This document shows positions 28,781-39,196 of a stretch of 64,000 nt of DNA, in pieces. Source of the stretch: Candidatus Zixiibacteriota bacterium (GTDB taxonomy: Bacteria; Zixibacteria; MSB-5A5; GN15; FEB-12); NCBI GenBank assembly GCA_036826635.1, contig DAISVY010000006.1:14554-78553 (forward strand), given 5' to 3'. The translations under genes were made by a program, and so were the position numbers. Under the pieces are notes generated by a model. It searched no databases and was not told the DNA's origin. It was given only the letters and a program-made list of their open reading frames with translations. Numbering within the stretch: the first letter of the stretch is position 1; the number at the start of each line of letters is the position of its first letter.

Positions 28781-31171
28781 TTACAACTCAAAGCCCAGTC
28801 TTACACTGAAGTCCTGTGTGTCGTAATCCGAAAGCTGCCAGGTGAAATACAACGCGAAATTGAGCGGTGAGATAAACGGCGTAAGATTCCCCAAACCGAA
28901 TCCGACTTCACGATAGGCTTTCGACGCCGTGTTGATAAACTCGTCGCCCGGATGCACTGCGTGGTTATTGAAATCCGTCCAGAAAACACCGGCATAGACA
29001 CTTAACCAAAGCGGGATGTCCCTGATCAACGGCAACCCGCTGGCCGTGAACAGTCGCCGCCGGAAATTATGGAACAGCCCCAGAGCCAAAACGCGACTGC
29101 CGCCGAAATTCTTGGTGTCAAGACTGCTGAAACCACGGGCGTCGAAGAAATAACCATCGCCGAAATCGACCGAGAAATACCGCTGGGGCGGAAGGTCCCC
29201 GTCGGAACCGCCCGCAAACACGTTGAGCGCCGTCACGCCCAGCCCGAGACTTCGCTGCCGCCGATAGAACCGCACCCAATAGCGGCGGAAGTCGAAATCA
29301 TTATCGATAAAATCGGGCGAGGCATATTCGACGGCCGCCTCCAAACGCGAGTACTGAACCTGGTCGATCCGCTCATCACGGCCCTTGTTTCGAAATAACT
29401 GACGCGAATCAAAGACAAACGACAGCGTCAACGAACGCAATGTCCCTTCGGTTACGGACGGATTGTCGCGAATATCGTCTTCATCACCGAAAACGCTGAA
29501 ATCGGTCCCAAACGGCAGCGAACGGTGACGCAAATCGCTGTAGGTCAACCCGAGGCGGGTGAAATCGATCAATTTCGTTTGCACGAACGCCTGCGCACCT
29601 TTGGTGAGGTAATAATCGAAAGGATCTTCCCCGACCCACAGAGCAAAGAACGACGGGTTATAGTCCCGGGCCGAGACAATAGTCGGACGGTGCGTCACGC
29701 GATTGAAATAATCAAAACCGACGTCCAGCTTCCTGCCCTCGTGCAGACGATACGTCAGGCCGTACTGATGTTCCCCGCGTTTGATTTCAAAAGCATAACC
29801 CGTTTTGATCCGGAAATTCATCCTGTCGACCAGGCGGTCCAAATCCAGCCCCAACCCGAGGTAAGGACCTTCAACACGATTGAATCTGAAAAAGTCCTTC
29901 TCCCCGGCCGTAGCCAGATACATAGCGGCGGCCAGTCCGGTCAGCATCTTTCGACCCAACGACCGGGGAGCGCCGGTCACCGAATCGATCCGCGCGTAAC
30001 CGTTTATCTCAACGGGCGTCAGCGGAATAGTCGGCCGCTCATACCATCGCAGACTGTCGAAATCATCGGCCTTGTCGTCGACCTCAATGGCATACTCCCC
30101 GAATGTTCCCCGGGGATGTCCGGTATCAAAATGGAAATCGTGCAGCAGGGCCGTGTGCGATACACGCAGGCGGTCGGGCACTCCCGGAATAGGCATTTCT
30201 ATATTCACATCACAAGAGAATCGAATCTCTATCGGCATCCAGTACTCGTTGTCGAACTGCGCGAAGCGCTGAGCGTAGCGAGCGTCGGAAACGAGAGGAA
30301 GATCGACACCGCGGCTGAAAGTCACGTCCACTTCCACCACGTCATAGGTGCTGTCGGCGATACTGATCACTCCCGCAAACAACGGATCTTCCGGATTTTT
30401 CGGTTCCACCTCCAGCCGAAACACGGTCAGCGAGTCGATATACACGGTGTCCAGCAGGTAATAATTGTAATGATCCAGCGCATCGTCGGCCGTGGGCGTA
30501 ACCAGCGAATAGCGCTGTATATTGATTCGATTGGCATTGAAATTAAGAATCTCCCCCACCGTCACCAGATTACCCTCGGCCGGTATATTGGCCGACTGCC
30601 GGCGCGACGTTATGACCTCTTTATACTTGTCCGGCTGTTCCCAGCAGGCCGTGGTCTGTGACTCGGTAATAAGGAACACCTTGCCCGAATCGGCCGGGGA
30701 AAGATCGGTAACCAGCAGTTTAACATACGCTTCATAGCGATAGTCGTGAATGGCCGCGAGGATATCCTCCTTGCGCTTGATCGCCTCTACTATGATGCGC
30801 TGGGCGGGATCGTAGGCACGCGACGAAACCGTTATCCCCTGCACCTCCACCATGGCCGGAACCAGAAAGACGTCGCGATGCACCAGGGAGTCACTTCCGG
30901 CTATCGTCAGACGTTCGGAATAAAAAGCGATGTGACTGAATTTGAGACGATCTTCCCCGGGCCCCAGGCGCAGGCGATACTCACCGTCGGCGTTAGCCAA
31001 AGCCGACCGCCCGGTACCCTCGATACGAACCGAAGCAAAAGGAATCGGCGCCCCGCTCTCGGCATTGAAAACCGTCCCCTCGACGACAATCCGCTCCTGC
31101 GCGACAGCAGTAGTTACCATCGATTGAAAAACGAACAGCAGAATAATGATGGCTACGCTTTGTCTGTGCAC
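28781..31171 (-). CDS. CarboxypepD_reg-like domain protein of the DUF5686 type (outer-membrane associated)
   Basis: 796 aa. It has a signal peptide, then EGTVFNAESGAPIPFASVRIEGTGRSALANADGEYRL (carboxypeptidase-regulatory-like fold), and a long beta-rich C-terminal region ending in an aromatic-rich barrel-like tail. Confidence 0.7.
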   Translation of the reverse strand: MHRQSVAIIILLFVFQSMVTTAVAQERIVVEGTVFNAESGAPIPFASVRIEGTGRSALANADGEYRLRLGPGEDRLKFSHIAFYSERLTIAGSDSLVHRDVFLVPAMVEVQGITVSSRAYDPAQRIIVEAIKRKEDILAAIHDYRYEAYVKLLVTDLSPADSGKVFLITESQTTACWEQPDKYKEVITSRRQSANIPAEGNLVTVGEILNFNANRINIQRYSLVTPTADDALDHYNYYLLDTVYIDSLTVFRLEVEPKNPEDPLFAGVISIADSTYDVVEVDVTFSRGVDLPLVSDARYAQRFAQFDNEYWMPIEIRFSCDVNIEMPIPGVPDRLRVSHTALLHDFHFDTGHPRGTFGEYAIEVDDKADDFDSLRWYERPTIPLTPVEINGYARIDSVTGAPRSLGRKMLTGLAAAMYLATAGEKDFFRFNRVEGPYLGLGLDLDRLVDRMNFRIKTGYAFEIKRGEHQYGLTYRLHEGRKLDVGFDYFNRVTHRPTIVSARDYNPSFFALWVGEDPFDYYLTKGAQAFVQTKLIDFTRLGLTYSDLRHRSLPFGTDFSVFGDEDDIRDNPSVTEGTLRSLTLSFVFDSRQLFRNKGRDERIDQVQYSRLEAAVEYASPDFIDNDFDFRRYWVRFYRRQRSLGLGVTALNVFAGGSDGDLPPQRYFSVDFGDGYFFDARGFSSLDTKNFGGSRVLALGLFHNFRRRLFTASGLPLIRDIPLWLSVYAGVFWTDFNNHAVHPGDEFINTASKAYREVGFGLGNLTPFISPLNFALYFTWQLSDYDTQDFSVRLGFEL

Positions 31172-31703
31172 TGACCTGATCCTCCTGTTTGTACCCTCTC
31201 CTTAACCGTCACCGACAAATCCCGTGCCGGGCCACGATTTCCACCAATACCAACCAGTTACAAACCCGCACGCGCTTCGGTCGTGTCAATTCAACACACG
31301 CCGGACCACATTATGGTCCGACCAATCGCTCCGGCCAAGGGTAAAACATCACACCGGGCCGGGCTCCCCCTCGAAAAATCACCTCTCATGGCGACTCGCA
31401 CGCGAAGAATCGACCCTGACTCTTCCACACACACTGTCAACAACTTGTGGAAAACCTGTGGATGCCATGTCAATATCTCCATAACTTGCTAAAACAACGG
31501 CAATTATGATATGAAGAAATGAAACTCCCGGCTGTATAATCTATATCATAAATTACGTGCGCGGTAAGCGCTTGAAAAACAGATAATTACTTAAGCTGCT
31601 TTTTTATCGATCACGGTTTGTGGCAAAAATCCGAGCCGAATCCATAAACTCTCATCTTTATACCGGTCTGTCGTTCAAGGGAATACGATTTTTTCTTGAT
31701 TTA

Positions 31704-31750
31704 GCACAATTTTTTGTGGTCGGCCCAATCGCAACCCCAATATATTGTGG
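31704..31750 (+). promoter_or_regulatory. Tandem NrdR boxes upstream of nrdJ
   Basis: GCACAATTTTTTGTGG (31704-31719) and CCCCAATATATTGTGG (31735-31750) both fit the 16-bp palindromic NrdR consensus acaCwAtATaTwGtgt. The centre-to-centre distance is 31 bp, about three helical turns. Confidence 0.75.
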
Positions 31751-31893
31751 CCTCTTTAGGGAAAAAATACACTTGGATGACCCGGAAGCGATGATTATTC
31801 GACAGGGACGGACGGCTCTTTTTAGCTCATCCGTACCGTAAGGACGCGGGCCCTGTCTTTTCTTCCGACGAGCAACGGTACAGGAGGTACTTC

Positions 31894-34800
31894 TTGAAAG
31901 TTCAGAGATACTTTACCCGCGAAGGCGAGTCTCCCTATGCCCGGCTAAATTTTGCCCGGCGATCTTCAGAGATAAAGAACCCCGACGGCTCGGTAGTTTT
32001 CAGACTTGATAATATAGAGGTTCCTGAAGCCTGGTCGCAGGTAGCGGTAGATATTCTGGCTCAGAAGTATTTCCGCAAAGCGGGCGTGCCGCAGGTTGAT
32101 GCCCAGGGCAACCCGGCGAGAGACGACGAAGGCAAGCCGAAACTCGGCGGTGAAACGGATGCCCGCCAGGTTTTCCATCGTTTGTCCGACTGCTGGCGTC
32201 ACTGGGGTGAGAAATACGGCTATTTTGACAGCCGCGAAGACGCCAAGAACTTCTACGACGAGTTGGCCTACATGCTGGCCGCGCAGATCGCCGCCCCCAA
32301 CTCCCCTCAGTGGTTCAACACCGGTCTGTATAATTCCTACGGCATTTCCGGCGTCCCGCAGGGTCATTATTTCGTCGACCCTTCGACTCACACCCTCACC
32401 GAAGCCAAAAACGCCTATGAACACCCGCAGCCGCATGCCTGCTTTATCCAGTCGGTCAGCGATGATCTGGTCAACGAGGGCGGAATTATGGACCTGTGGG
32501 TACGCGAGGCCCGGCTGTTCAAGTACGGCTCGGGTACCGGCAGCAACTTCTCCGCCGTGCGCGGCGCCGGTGAGTCACTCTCGGGTGGGGGAAAATCGTC
32601 GGGACTGATGTCTTTCCTGCGGATCGGCGACCGTGCCGCCGGGGCTATCAAGTCGGGCGGGACAACCCGTCGGGCGGCCAAAATGGTCACCCTGAATCTG
32701 GATCATCCGGATATTATCGAATTCATCGACTGGAAAGTCATCGAGGAACAAAAAGTCGCCGCACTGGTCGCCGGCTCCAGGGTCATCCGCCAGCAACTTC
32801 GGGACATTTGCGAAGCCGTCGTGGTGTCGACCGAAGGTGACCGGAAAACCGTCGAGGTCGATCCCCGCAAAAACAAAAAGCTCGAACAGACAATAAGAAC
32901 CGCGCGACGGAACGCCGTCCCCGATACATATATCCGCAAAGTGCTGGAACTCGCCGGTCAGGGCGTTACCGATATCGACTTTATCGAACTGAATACGAAC
33001 TGGGACAGCGAAGCTTACCTTACGGTGGCCGGACAGAACTCCAACAACTCGGTGCGTATCCCCAACCTCTTTTTCGAAAAATTGAAAGCCGGTGAAGACT
33101 GGCCGTTGCACTATCGCAGCGCGAACGAAACACCCGACCCCATTCCGGCCGCTCAATTGTGGGACAAAATCTGTTATGCCGCCTGGGCCTGCGCCGATCC
33201 CGGGGTACAGTTCGACAGCACCATTAACGAATGGCATACCTGCCCCGAAGACGGGCGGATCAATGCCTCGAATCCCTGCTCGGAATACATGTTTCTCGAC
33301 GACACGGCCTGCAATCTGGCTTCGCTGAACCTGAGCAAGTTCTTCGGCGAAAACAGCGATTTCGACATCGAAGGTTACCGCCACGCTGTCCGCCTGTGGA
33401 CGATAGTCCTGGAGATTTCCGTCCTCATGGCGTCGTTCCCGTCGCGTCAGATTGCCCAGAAAAGCTACGAGTTTCGGACTCTCGGCCTGGGGTTCGCCAA
33501 TATCGGTTCCGTCCTGATGCAATTGGGCATTCCTTATGATTCCCCTCGCGGCTATGCCTGGTGTGGAGCGCTGGCGGCCCTTCTGACCGGGCAGGCCTAT
33601 ATGACCTCGGCCGAAATGGCCAAAGAGCAGGGACCTTTTCCCGGCTACTATCGCAACCGCGATCACATGCTGCGGGTGATGCGCAACCATCGCCGGGCCG
33701 CTCACAATGCGGACAGGTCGGAATACGAAGGACTCACGGTCAAGCCGACCGGAATCAACCCCAACTATCTGCCCGAGGAACTGGTGCAAACGGTCCGTTC
33801 GGTCTGGGATGAAGCGCTGTCTCTGGGCGAGGTATACGGATTCCGCAACGCTCAGACGACGGTGGTGGCCCCTACCGGGACAATCGGTTTGCTGATGGAT
33901 TGCGACACGACAGGAATCGAACCCGACTTCGCCCTGGTGAAATTCAAAAAGCTGGCCGGCGGCGGCTACTTTAAGATCATCAACAATTCGGTACCGTTGG
34001 CCCTGACTCACCTGGGTTACTCGGACGATGAAGTTGCTGACATCATCAAATACGCCACCGGGCACAAGACTCTCAAGGAATGCCCGTACGTCAATCATGA
34101 ATCGCTGCGAGCCAAGGGATTCGGCGACGAAGAGTTGCAAAAGATCGAGGCCTCGCTGAACGAGGTATTCGACATCTCCTTCGCTTTCAACAAACACATT
34201 CTGGGTGACGAATTCATTCATGATACGCTGGGGTTCACGGCCGAAGCAGTCGATGCCTGGGATTTCAACCTGTTGAAAGAACTGGGCTTTACCCGCGGGC
34301 AGATCGAGGCGGCCAACGAATACTGCTGCGGTACGATGACTCTCGAGGACGCCCCCCATATCAAGGATCATCACCTTCCCATTTTCGACTGCGCCAATCG
34401 GTGCGGCCGCAAGGGCAAGCGATTCATCAGCTACGAGGCACATATCCGCATGATGGCTGCGGCTCAGCCGTTCATTTCCGGCGCCATTTCAAAAACCATC
34501 AATATGCCGTCGGAAGCAACCATCGACGACGTCAAGCGAGCTTACATGCTGGCCTGGGAATCGATGAACAAAGCGGTGGCGTTGTATCGCGACGGGTCCA
34601 AACTCTCGCAGCCGTTGACGGCTTCCCTGCTGGGCGAAGATGACGAAGAAGAACCGCAGGAGATGACGGTCGAAGCCGCCGCCCGCAAGATGAGCGAGAA
34701 GCTCATCTATCGCTACATTGCCAAGCGCCGCAAACTGCCGCATCGCCGGGCCGGTTACACCCAGAAGGCTATGGTGGCCGGACACAAACTTTATATTCGC

Positions 34801-35568
34801 ACCGGAGAATACGGCGACGGCACGCTGGGAGAAATTTTCCTCGACATGCACCGCGAAGGCGCGGCTTTCCGCTCACTGATGAACAGTTTTGCGATTGCCG
34901 TCTCGCTGGGTTTGCAGCACGGTGTTCCTTTGGAGGAATTCGTCGAGGCTTTCCTTTTCAGCCGGTTCGAACCCAGCGGTATTGTTTCCGGAAACAAGAA
35001 AATAAAAATGGCCACTTCCATAATCGATTACATTTTCCGCGAACTGGCCATTACCTACCTGGGGCGCACCGACCTGGCCCATGTATCGGAGGAAGACCTG
35101 CGGCATGATGCCATGGGTTCGCCGAAGGAACAACCGGTCGAGTATGAAGAAGAAGAAACGGCCACGGCTCGTATCACGGGACAATTGACCAAAGCCAGCC
35201 GGGATCACAACGATCTCTATAGCCCCCACCTGAGGTTTACCATCAAAGGACGAGACAACGGTGGCAACGGGAACGGTAACGGGAACGGGAATGGCAACGG
35301 ACAGCACGGAGGAAACGGCAATGGTAAGCAGATGGAGACTGCGACTGCAGAAGAATCTAAAGAGCAGGAGACGGTGCTTGAGTACGTCTCGACCAGCAAC
35401 CCGGATGAATCCCAAGAGGGGGAATACCGCCTCCGCCGGGAAATCAGAAACGCGCGACTAAGGGGATATGAAGGAGACATGTGCCCCGAATGCGGTCAGT
35501 TTACTATGGTTCGCAATGGAACCTGCCTAAAATGTACGACCTGCGGGGCCACCTCCGGCTGCTCCTGA
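31894..35568 (+). CDS. nrdJ: Adenosylcobalamin-dependent ribonucleotide reductase, class II
   Basis: 1224 aa. The protein begins at a TTG start following a CAGGAGG RBS. Its N-terminus reads FTREGESPY...[12 protein letters not shown]...[19 protein letters not shown]. It contains the catalytic NPCSEY motif and a C-terminal CPECG...CLKCTTCG zinc ribbon with a terminal Cys tail. Confidence 0.9.
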   Translation: MKVQRYFTREGESPYARLNFARRSSEIKNPDGSVVFRLDNIEVPEAWSQVAVDILAQKYFRKAGVPQVDAQGNPARDDEGKPKLGGETDARQVFHRLSDCWRHWGEKYGYFDSREDAKNFYDELAYMLAAQIAAPNSPQWFNTGLYNSYGISGVPQGHYFVDPSTHTLTEAKNAYEHPQPHACFIQSVSDDLVNEGGIMDLWVREARLFKYGSGTGSNFSAVRGAGESLSGGGKSSGLMSFLRIGDRAAGAIKSGGTTRRAAKMVTLNLDHPDIIEFIDWKVIEEQKVAALVAGSRVIRQQLRDICEAVVVSTEGDRKTVEVDPRKNKKLEQTIRTARRNAVPDTYIRKVLELAGQGVTDIDFIELNTNWDSEAYLTVAGQNSNNSVRIPNLFFEKLKAGEDWPLHYRSANETPDPIPAAQLWDKICYAAWACADPGVQFDSTINEWHTCPEDGRINASNPCSEYMFLDDTACNLASLNLSKFFGENSDFDIEGYRHAVRLWTIVLEISVLMASFPSRQIAQKSYEFRTLGLGFANIGSVLMQLGIPYDSPRGYAWCGALAALLTGQAYMTSAEMAKEQGPFPGYYRNRDHMLRVMRNHRRAAHNADRSEYEGLTVKPTGINPNYLPEELVQTVRSVWDEALSLGEVYGFRNAQTTVVAPTGTIGLLMDCDTTGIEPDFALVKFKKLAGGGYFKIINNSVPLALTHLGYSDDEVADIIKYATGHKTLKECPYVNHESLRAKGFGDEELQKIEASLNEVFDISFAFNKHILGDEFIHDTLGFTAEAVDAWDFNLLKELGFTRGQIEAANEYCCGTMTLEDAPHIKDHHLPIFDCANRCGRKGKRFISYEAHIRMMAAAQPFISGAISKTINMPSEATIDDVKRAYMLAWESMNKAVALYRDGSKLSQPLTASLLGEDDEEEPQEMTVEAAARKMSEKLIYRYIAKRRKLPHRRAGYTQKAMVAGHKLYIRTGEYGDGTLGEIFLDMHREGAAFRSLMNSFAIAVSLGLQHGVPLEEFVEAFLFSRFEPSGIVSGNKKIKMATSIIDYIFRELAITYLGRTDLAHVSEEDLRHDAMGSPKEQPVEYEEEETATARITGQLTKASRDHNDLYSPHLRFTIKGRDNGGNGNGNGNGNGNGQHGGNGNGKQMETATAEESKEQETVLEYVSTSNPDESQEGEYRLRREIRNARLRGYEGDMCPECGQFTMVRNGTCLKCTTCGATSGCS
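35257..35325 (+). repeat. Imperfect hexanucleotide (AAC-GGN) tandem repeat encoding a (Gly-Asn)n tract inside nrdJ
   Basis: The nucleotides aacggtggcaacgggaacggtaacgggaacgggaatggcaacgga...ggaaacggcaatggt encode [23 protein letters not shown]. The tract lies between the catalytic body and the C-terminal zinc ribbon. Confidence 0.9.
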
Positions 35569-35594
35569 TTGACCAGACTACTTTTCCTGTGTTG

Positions 35595-35640
35595 GAAGAC
35601 GCCAGGGCGACTCTACGGCTTTGGCGTCTTCTTATCTTCC
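35595..35640 (+). terminator. Possible terminator after nrdJ
   Basis: A 10-bp stem pairs GAAGACGCCA with TGGCGTCTTC around a 17-nt loop and is followed by the T-rich TTATCTT. The long loop and weak U-tract lower my confidence. Confidence 0.4.
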
Positions 35641-35787
35641 TGAACAACAAAGCCTTACTAAAACAAAGGGACGGATGGGCCAACCCGGCGGTGACAAATA
35701 CGGACCAAAAGCGAGAAAAGCCGCTCTGTGAGCGCATTTTCCCGCTTTTACCCCTGTTCTAATTCTGATCTAAAAAGGATTTTTCCC

Positions 35788-35903
35788 TTGACAAAAAAAG
35801 GATTAACGGCTATCTTCGAGTTGCAATCGGAAAGTGTTACTCTTTCTGTGGATTACCTAATATCGTCCACCCAGGTAGGTCAACCACTTGCCTGGGTTTT
35901 TTT
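35788..35903 (+). ncRNA. Candidate small RNA or terminated leader: sigma70-like promoter plus about 80-nt transcript plus intrinsic terminator
   Basis: The promoter is TTGACA (35788-35793), a 17-nt spacer and TATCTT (35811-35816). An internal hairpin pairs GAAAG with CTTTC (about 35831-35846). The terminator pairs CCCAGG (35870-35875) with CCTGGG (35891-35896) and is followed by T7 (35897-35903). The predicted transcript contains no ATG. Confidence 0.5.
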
Positions 35904-36027
35904 ATGAGCTGAATATCGATTCATCATCGCTTCCGATTCGATCTTCATACATTTGATAACGGAGTCATCAACGTTCATTTCTTTTCCCGATTGACTCTCC
36001 GCCGCTGTTGGTATACCTTGCCAAACC

Positions 36028-36615
36028 ATGAACATGCCGAACACATTGACGCTGCTGCGCATAGCCCTGGCGCCGGTGTTCATGTTCTTCTTTCTCATAG
36101 ACAACTTCTATATGAAACTTGTCGCTCTGGCTTTGTTTGTCATAGCGGCACTAACCGATCTGGCCGATGGTTATTATGCGCGCAAGTTCGGCATCATCAC
36201 CGGCTTCGGTAAATTCATGGATCCCCTGGCCGACAAGATACTCGTCTCTTCGGCTCTAATCTCTTTTGTGGCGCTCAATTACGTTTCTCCCCTGCCCGTG
36301 CTTCTGATTGTCGGGCGGGAATTCGCAATCACCGGTCTGAGGCTGGTCTCGGCATACAAAGGGGTCGTCATACCTCCAACCTGGTTTGCCAAGGTTAAGA
36401 CCTTTCTGCAAATGACCGTAGTCGGCGTGGTCATGGGTTACATATGCCTTCTCTGCACCCTGTCACATTTCCAAAGTCAGTCGATCGGCATGTTTGAGTT
36501 TGACTATCGCCTGTATTTTGATTGGTTACTCTGGATTACGGCTATTATCACGGCCTGGACGGGGGTTGACTATATTGTGAAGTACTTCTATATGATCAAA
36601 AGCGTATTGAAATAG
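36028..36615 (+). CDS. pgsA: CDP-diacylglycerol--glycerol-3-phosphate 3-phosphatidyltransferase
   Basis: 195 aa. It starts PNTLTLLRIALAPVF and carries the CDP-alcohol phosphatidyltransferase motif DLADGYYARK...G...D..ADK. Confidence 0.9.
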   Translation: MNMPNTLTLLRIALAPVFMFFFLIDNFYMKLVALALFVIAALTDLADGYYARKFGIITGFGKFMDPLADKILVSSALISFVALNYVSPLPVLLIVGREFAITGLRLVSAYKGVVIPPTWFAKVKTFLQMTVVGVVMGYICLLCTLSHFQSQSIGMFEFDYRLYFDWLLWITAIITAWTGVDYIVKYFYMIKSVLK

Positions 36616-36625
36616 GTGAACAACG

Positions 36626-37087
36626 GTGAAAGACTTTCTGGTTAAGTTCTTTGCGTCGGGTCTCTTCAGCGGATATCTTCGCCCCTTCCCGGGCACGTGG
36701 GGGACCATTCCGGCCTGGTTACTGGCCTGGTTCGTGTTGCGGAACAACTGGTTCTTGATGCTTACGGTTGCCTGTATCGTTTTTCTGGCCTCGGTCTGGC
36801 TTGCCGGCGAAGCGGAAAAAAAGATGGGGCACGATTCGCGCAAGATAGTGATCGACGAGTGGACCGGCATACTGATAACTATGTTATTCGTCCCGCCGGT
36901 GTTCAAATTTTACGTGGCCGGATTCGTGGCTTTCCGCGTATTCGACGTTATCAAAATTCCACCGGCCCGCCAGTGCGAAAAACTCCCTGCCGGTCTCGGT
37001 ATAACGATGGATGATGTGATTGCGGGCATCCAGGCCAATATCTTTATTCATCTGGTCATATTCATCGTGGAGCAATTCGTGGCATAG
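36626..37087 (+). CDS. pgpA: Phosphatidylglycerophosphatase A
   Basis: 153 aa with PgpA-family motifs: FFASGLFSGYLRPFPGTWGT, D.W.G and FRVFDVIKIPPA. Confidence 0.85.
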   Translation: MKDFLVKFFASGLFSGYLRPFPGTWGTIPAWLLAWFVLRNNWFLMLTVACIVFLASVWLAGEAEKKMGHDSRKIVIDEWTGILITMLFVPPVFKFYVAGFVAFRVFDVIKIPPARQCEKLPAGLGITMDDVIAGIQANIFIHLVIFIVEQFVA

Positions 37088-37110
37088 CGGTCCCCGGAAG
37101 GACAGCCCTT

Positions 37111-38352
37111 ATGGACGTTGAAATCATCACGATAGGCGACGAGCTTATAACCGGTTTTACCCTGGATACCAACGGCGCTTTTCTGAGCCGCCGGTTGACA
37201 CAGGCCGGTTTCACCGTCAGATATCGAAGCTCGGTGGGAGATGCACCCGAGGAGATGGAAGCCGTGTTTCGGCAGGCCCTGAAAAGGGCTAAGATCGTCA
37301 TTACCACGGGCGGGCTGGGACCAACCGATGACGACATCACCAAGCGAGTCATTGTAAAAGTCTTCAAACGAAATCTGGTTTTTCACGAGGATATCCTTGA
37401 GGATATCAAACAGCGCTTCGCCCGGCGCGGTATCGAAATGCCGGCTATCAACCAGAACCAGGCCCTGTTGCCACAGGGAGCGACATTTTTCCCCAATAAG
37501 TTCGGCTCGGCGGTAGGTATCTGTATCGCTGAACACGGTCGGATTTTCATCTCTTTGCCGGGAGTGCCGCGCGAGATGGAACAGATCACCGACGACCAGG
37601 TCCTGCCCTACCTGGAAAAATCATCCGATGGACACGCGATTAAAATTGTCTCACTGCGTACCACGGGGGTAGTAGAAACCCGACTCGCCGAAATAATCAA
37701 ACCCAACCTTCGTCTGGAACAGGGCGTACGTCTGGCTTACCTGCCGGCGTACAGTGGCATCACTCTGCGCGTTATAGCCACGGGTGAAAACGCCGCCGAG
37801 GCCGAAGAAAAAGCTTCCGGTCTGGTTCGATACCTGGAAAACACGGCCGGGAAATATGTTTTCGGACGGGACGACGATACCCTGGAAGGCGTGGTAGGTC
37901 AACTGCTGGCAGATAACGACAAGACTCTGGCCGTGGCCGAAAGCTGTACCGGCGGCCAACTGGGGATGACGATAACTTCAGTATCGGGCGCCTCACGCTA
38001 TTTCAAGGGAGGTGTTCTGACCTACAGCAACGAGGTCAAAACGGAGCAACTGGGCGTCTCCTCCGAGATACTCGAACGGGACGGGGCGGTATCGGAAGCC
38101 TGCGCGGTAGCCATGGCGGTAGGATGTCGTAAGTTGTTCGGCAGCGATTACGCCCTGTCGGTAACGGGAATCGCCGGGCCCGACGGAGGCAGCGACGATA
38201 AACCGGTCGGTACTACCTATATCGGGCTGGCTTCGGCTCACACGGCTTCGGCCCGTCGGTTCAACTTTGGGGCGGACCGCAAGACCAATCGTTCGCGGGC
38301 GGTTTATGCCGCGCTGGAAATGCTGCGCCGCGAGATTCTGGATATTGTCTGA
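37111..38352 (+). CDS. cinA: CinA: competence/damage-inducible protein (MoCF-like domain plus nicotinamide-nucleotide amidase PncC domain)
   Basis: 413 aa. The N-terminus reads VEIITIGDELITG and the C-terminal domain reads LAVAESCTGG...TGIAGPDGG. Confidence 0.9.
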   Translation: MDVEIITIGDELITGFTLDTNGAFLSRRLTQAGFTVRYRSSVGDAPEEMEAVFRQALKRAKIVITTGGLGPTDDDITKRVIVKVFKRNLVFHEDILEDIKQRFARRGIEMPAINQNQALLPQGATFFPNKFGSAVGICIAEHGRIFISLPGVPREMEQITDDQVLPYLEKSSDGHAIKIVSLRTTGVVETRLAEIIKPNLRLEQGVRLAYLPAYSGITLRVIATGENAAEAEEKASGLVRYLENTAGKYVFGRDDDTLEGVVGQLLADNDKTLAVAESCTGGQLGMTITSVSGASRYFKGGVLTYSNEVKTEQLGVSSEILERDGAVSEACAVAMAVGCRKLFGSDYALSVTGIAGPDGGSDDKPVGTTYIGLASAHTASARRFNFGADRKTNRSRAVYAALEMLRREILDIV

Positions 38353-38930
38353 TGCCGATAAGATTATTCATTGCTCTGCCACTGGGCAAGGAAGCGGAAC
38401 AGAGACTTGGACGGATTATAGAAGACTTCAGGCCGAGAAGTCGCGCTGTCAAATGGGTGCCCTCGCAGAACATCCACCTGACCCTGAAATTTCTGGGCGA
38501 TACCGACGAGCATCTGGTCGACAAGATCAGTCAGGCTGTCGACCGGGTGGTCTCGAATTACCCGGCGTTTGACATCCTGATTGACCGGCTGGGGGCTTTT
38601 CCTAACCTTCATCGTCCCCGGGTGATCTGGATGGGCGGTGCGAAGGCACCGGAACCGGCGGCGGCCATGGCCCGGGAAATCGATACCGCCATGCATCGGC
38701 TTGACTTCGAAAAAGAAAAGCGCGCCTTCAAGGCTCACCTGACCCTTGGGCGTGTTCGCCAGGGACAAACCATCGGTGATCTGGCTGAATATATCGATCA
38801 ATACTCTTTCGAACCGATCCCTCTTCATCTTGACCGTTTGATTCTTTTCAAATCTACCCTGACGCCGAAGGGGGCGATTTACGAACCTCTGCACAAAGCG
38901 ACACTCTCCCGGGAGAGATTCGAAGGGTGA
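38352..38930 (+). CDS. thpR: RNA 2',3'-cyclic phosphodiesterase (2H family)
   Basis: 192 aa with two HxT/S motifs (HLTLKFLG and HLTLGRV). It overlaps the cinA stop (ATGA-type junction at 38350-38354). Confidence 0.85.
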   Translation: MPIRLFIALPLGKEAEQRLGRIIEDFRPRSRAVKWVPSQNIHLTLKFLGDTDEHLVDKISQAVDRVVSNYPAFDILIDRLGAFPNLHRPRVIWMGGAKAPEPAAAMAREIDTAMHRLDFEKEKRAFKAHLTLGRVRQGQTIGDLAEYIDQYSFEPIPLHLDRLILFKSTLTPKGAIYEPLHKATLSRERFEG

Positions 38931-39196
38931 GCCGATCCCCGCAGATGTTCGACGGCAACGACTACTACCCGGGCAACACAACGACCGCATACAAAAAGCT
39001 CGCGAACAAGGATGATATTTTCATCAGTCCACGGCTCCCGACCGCTAACCCCGGTTCGAAAAAATGCTGACATAATTTGTCAGTCCAGAAAGCTATTTTG
39101 GGGGCCATTAGAATGTGATATATTACGCTGTAGTCAGCGATTATACTGGTCAGCGTAGAACGCAAACGGATTGAGACGAGGAAAGGCGAGTCCCCA

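Noticed and set aside
31620-31841. 73-aa ORF in the nrdJ upstream region
   Set aside because: It overlaps both NrdR boxes, has no RBS and has an implausible sequence. I treat the region as regulatory or 5' UTR.
32575-34443. 622-aa ORF on the minus strand
   Set aside because: It is antisense to nrdJ, whose identity is unambiguous. It is a shadow ORF.
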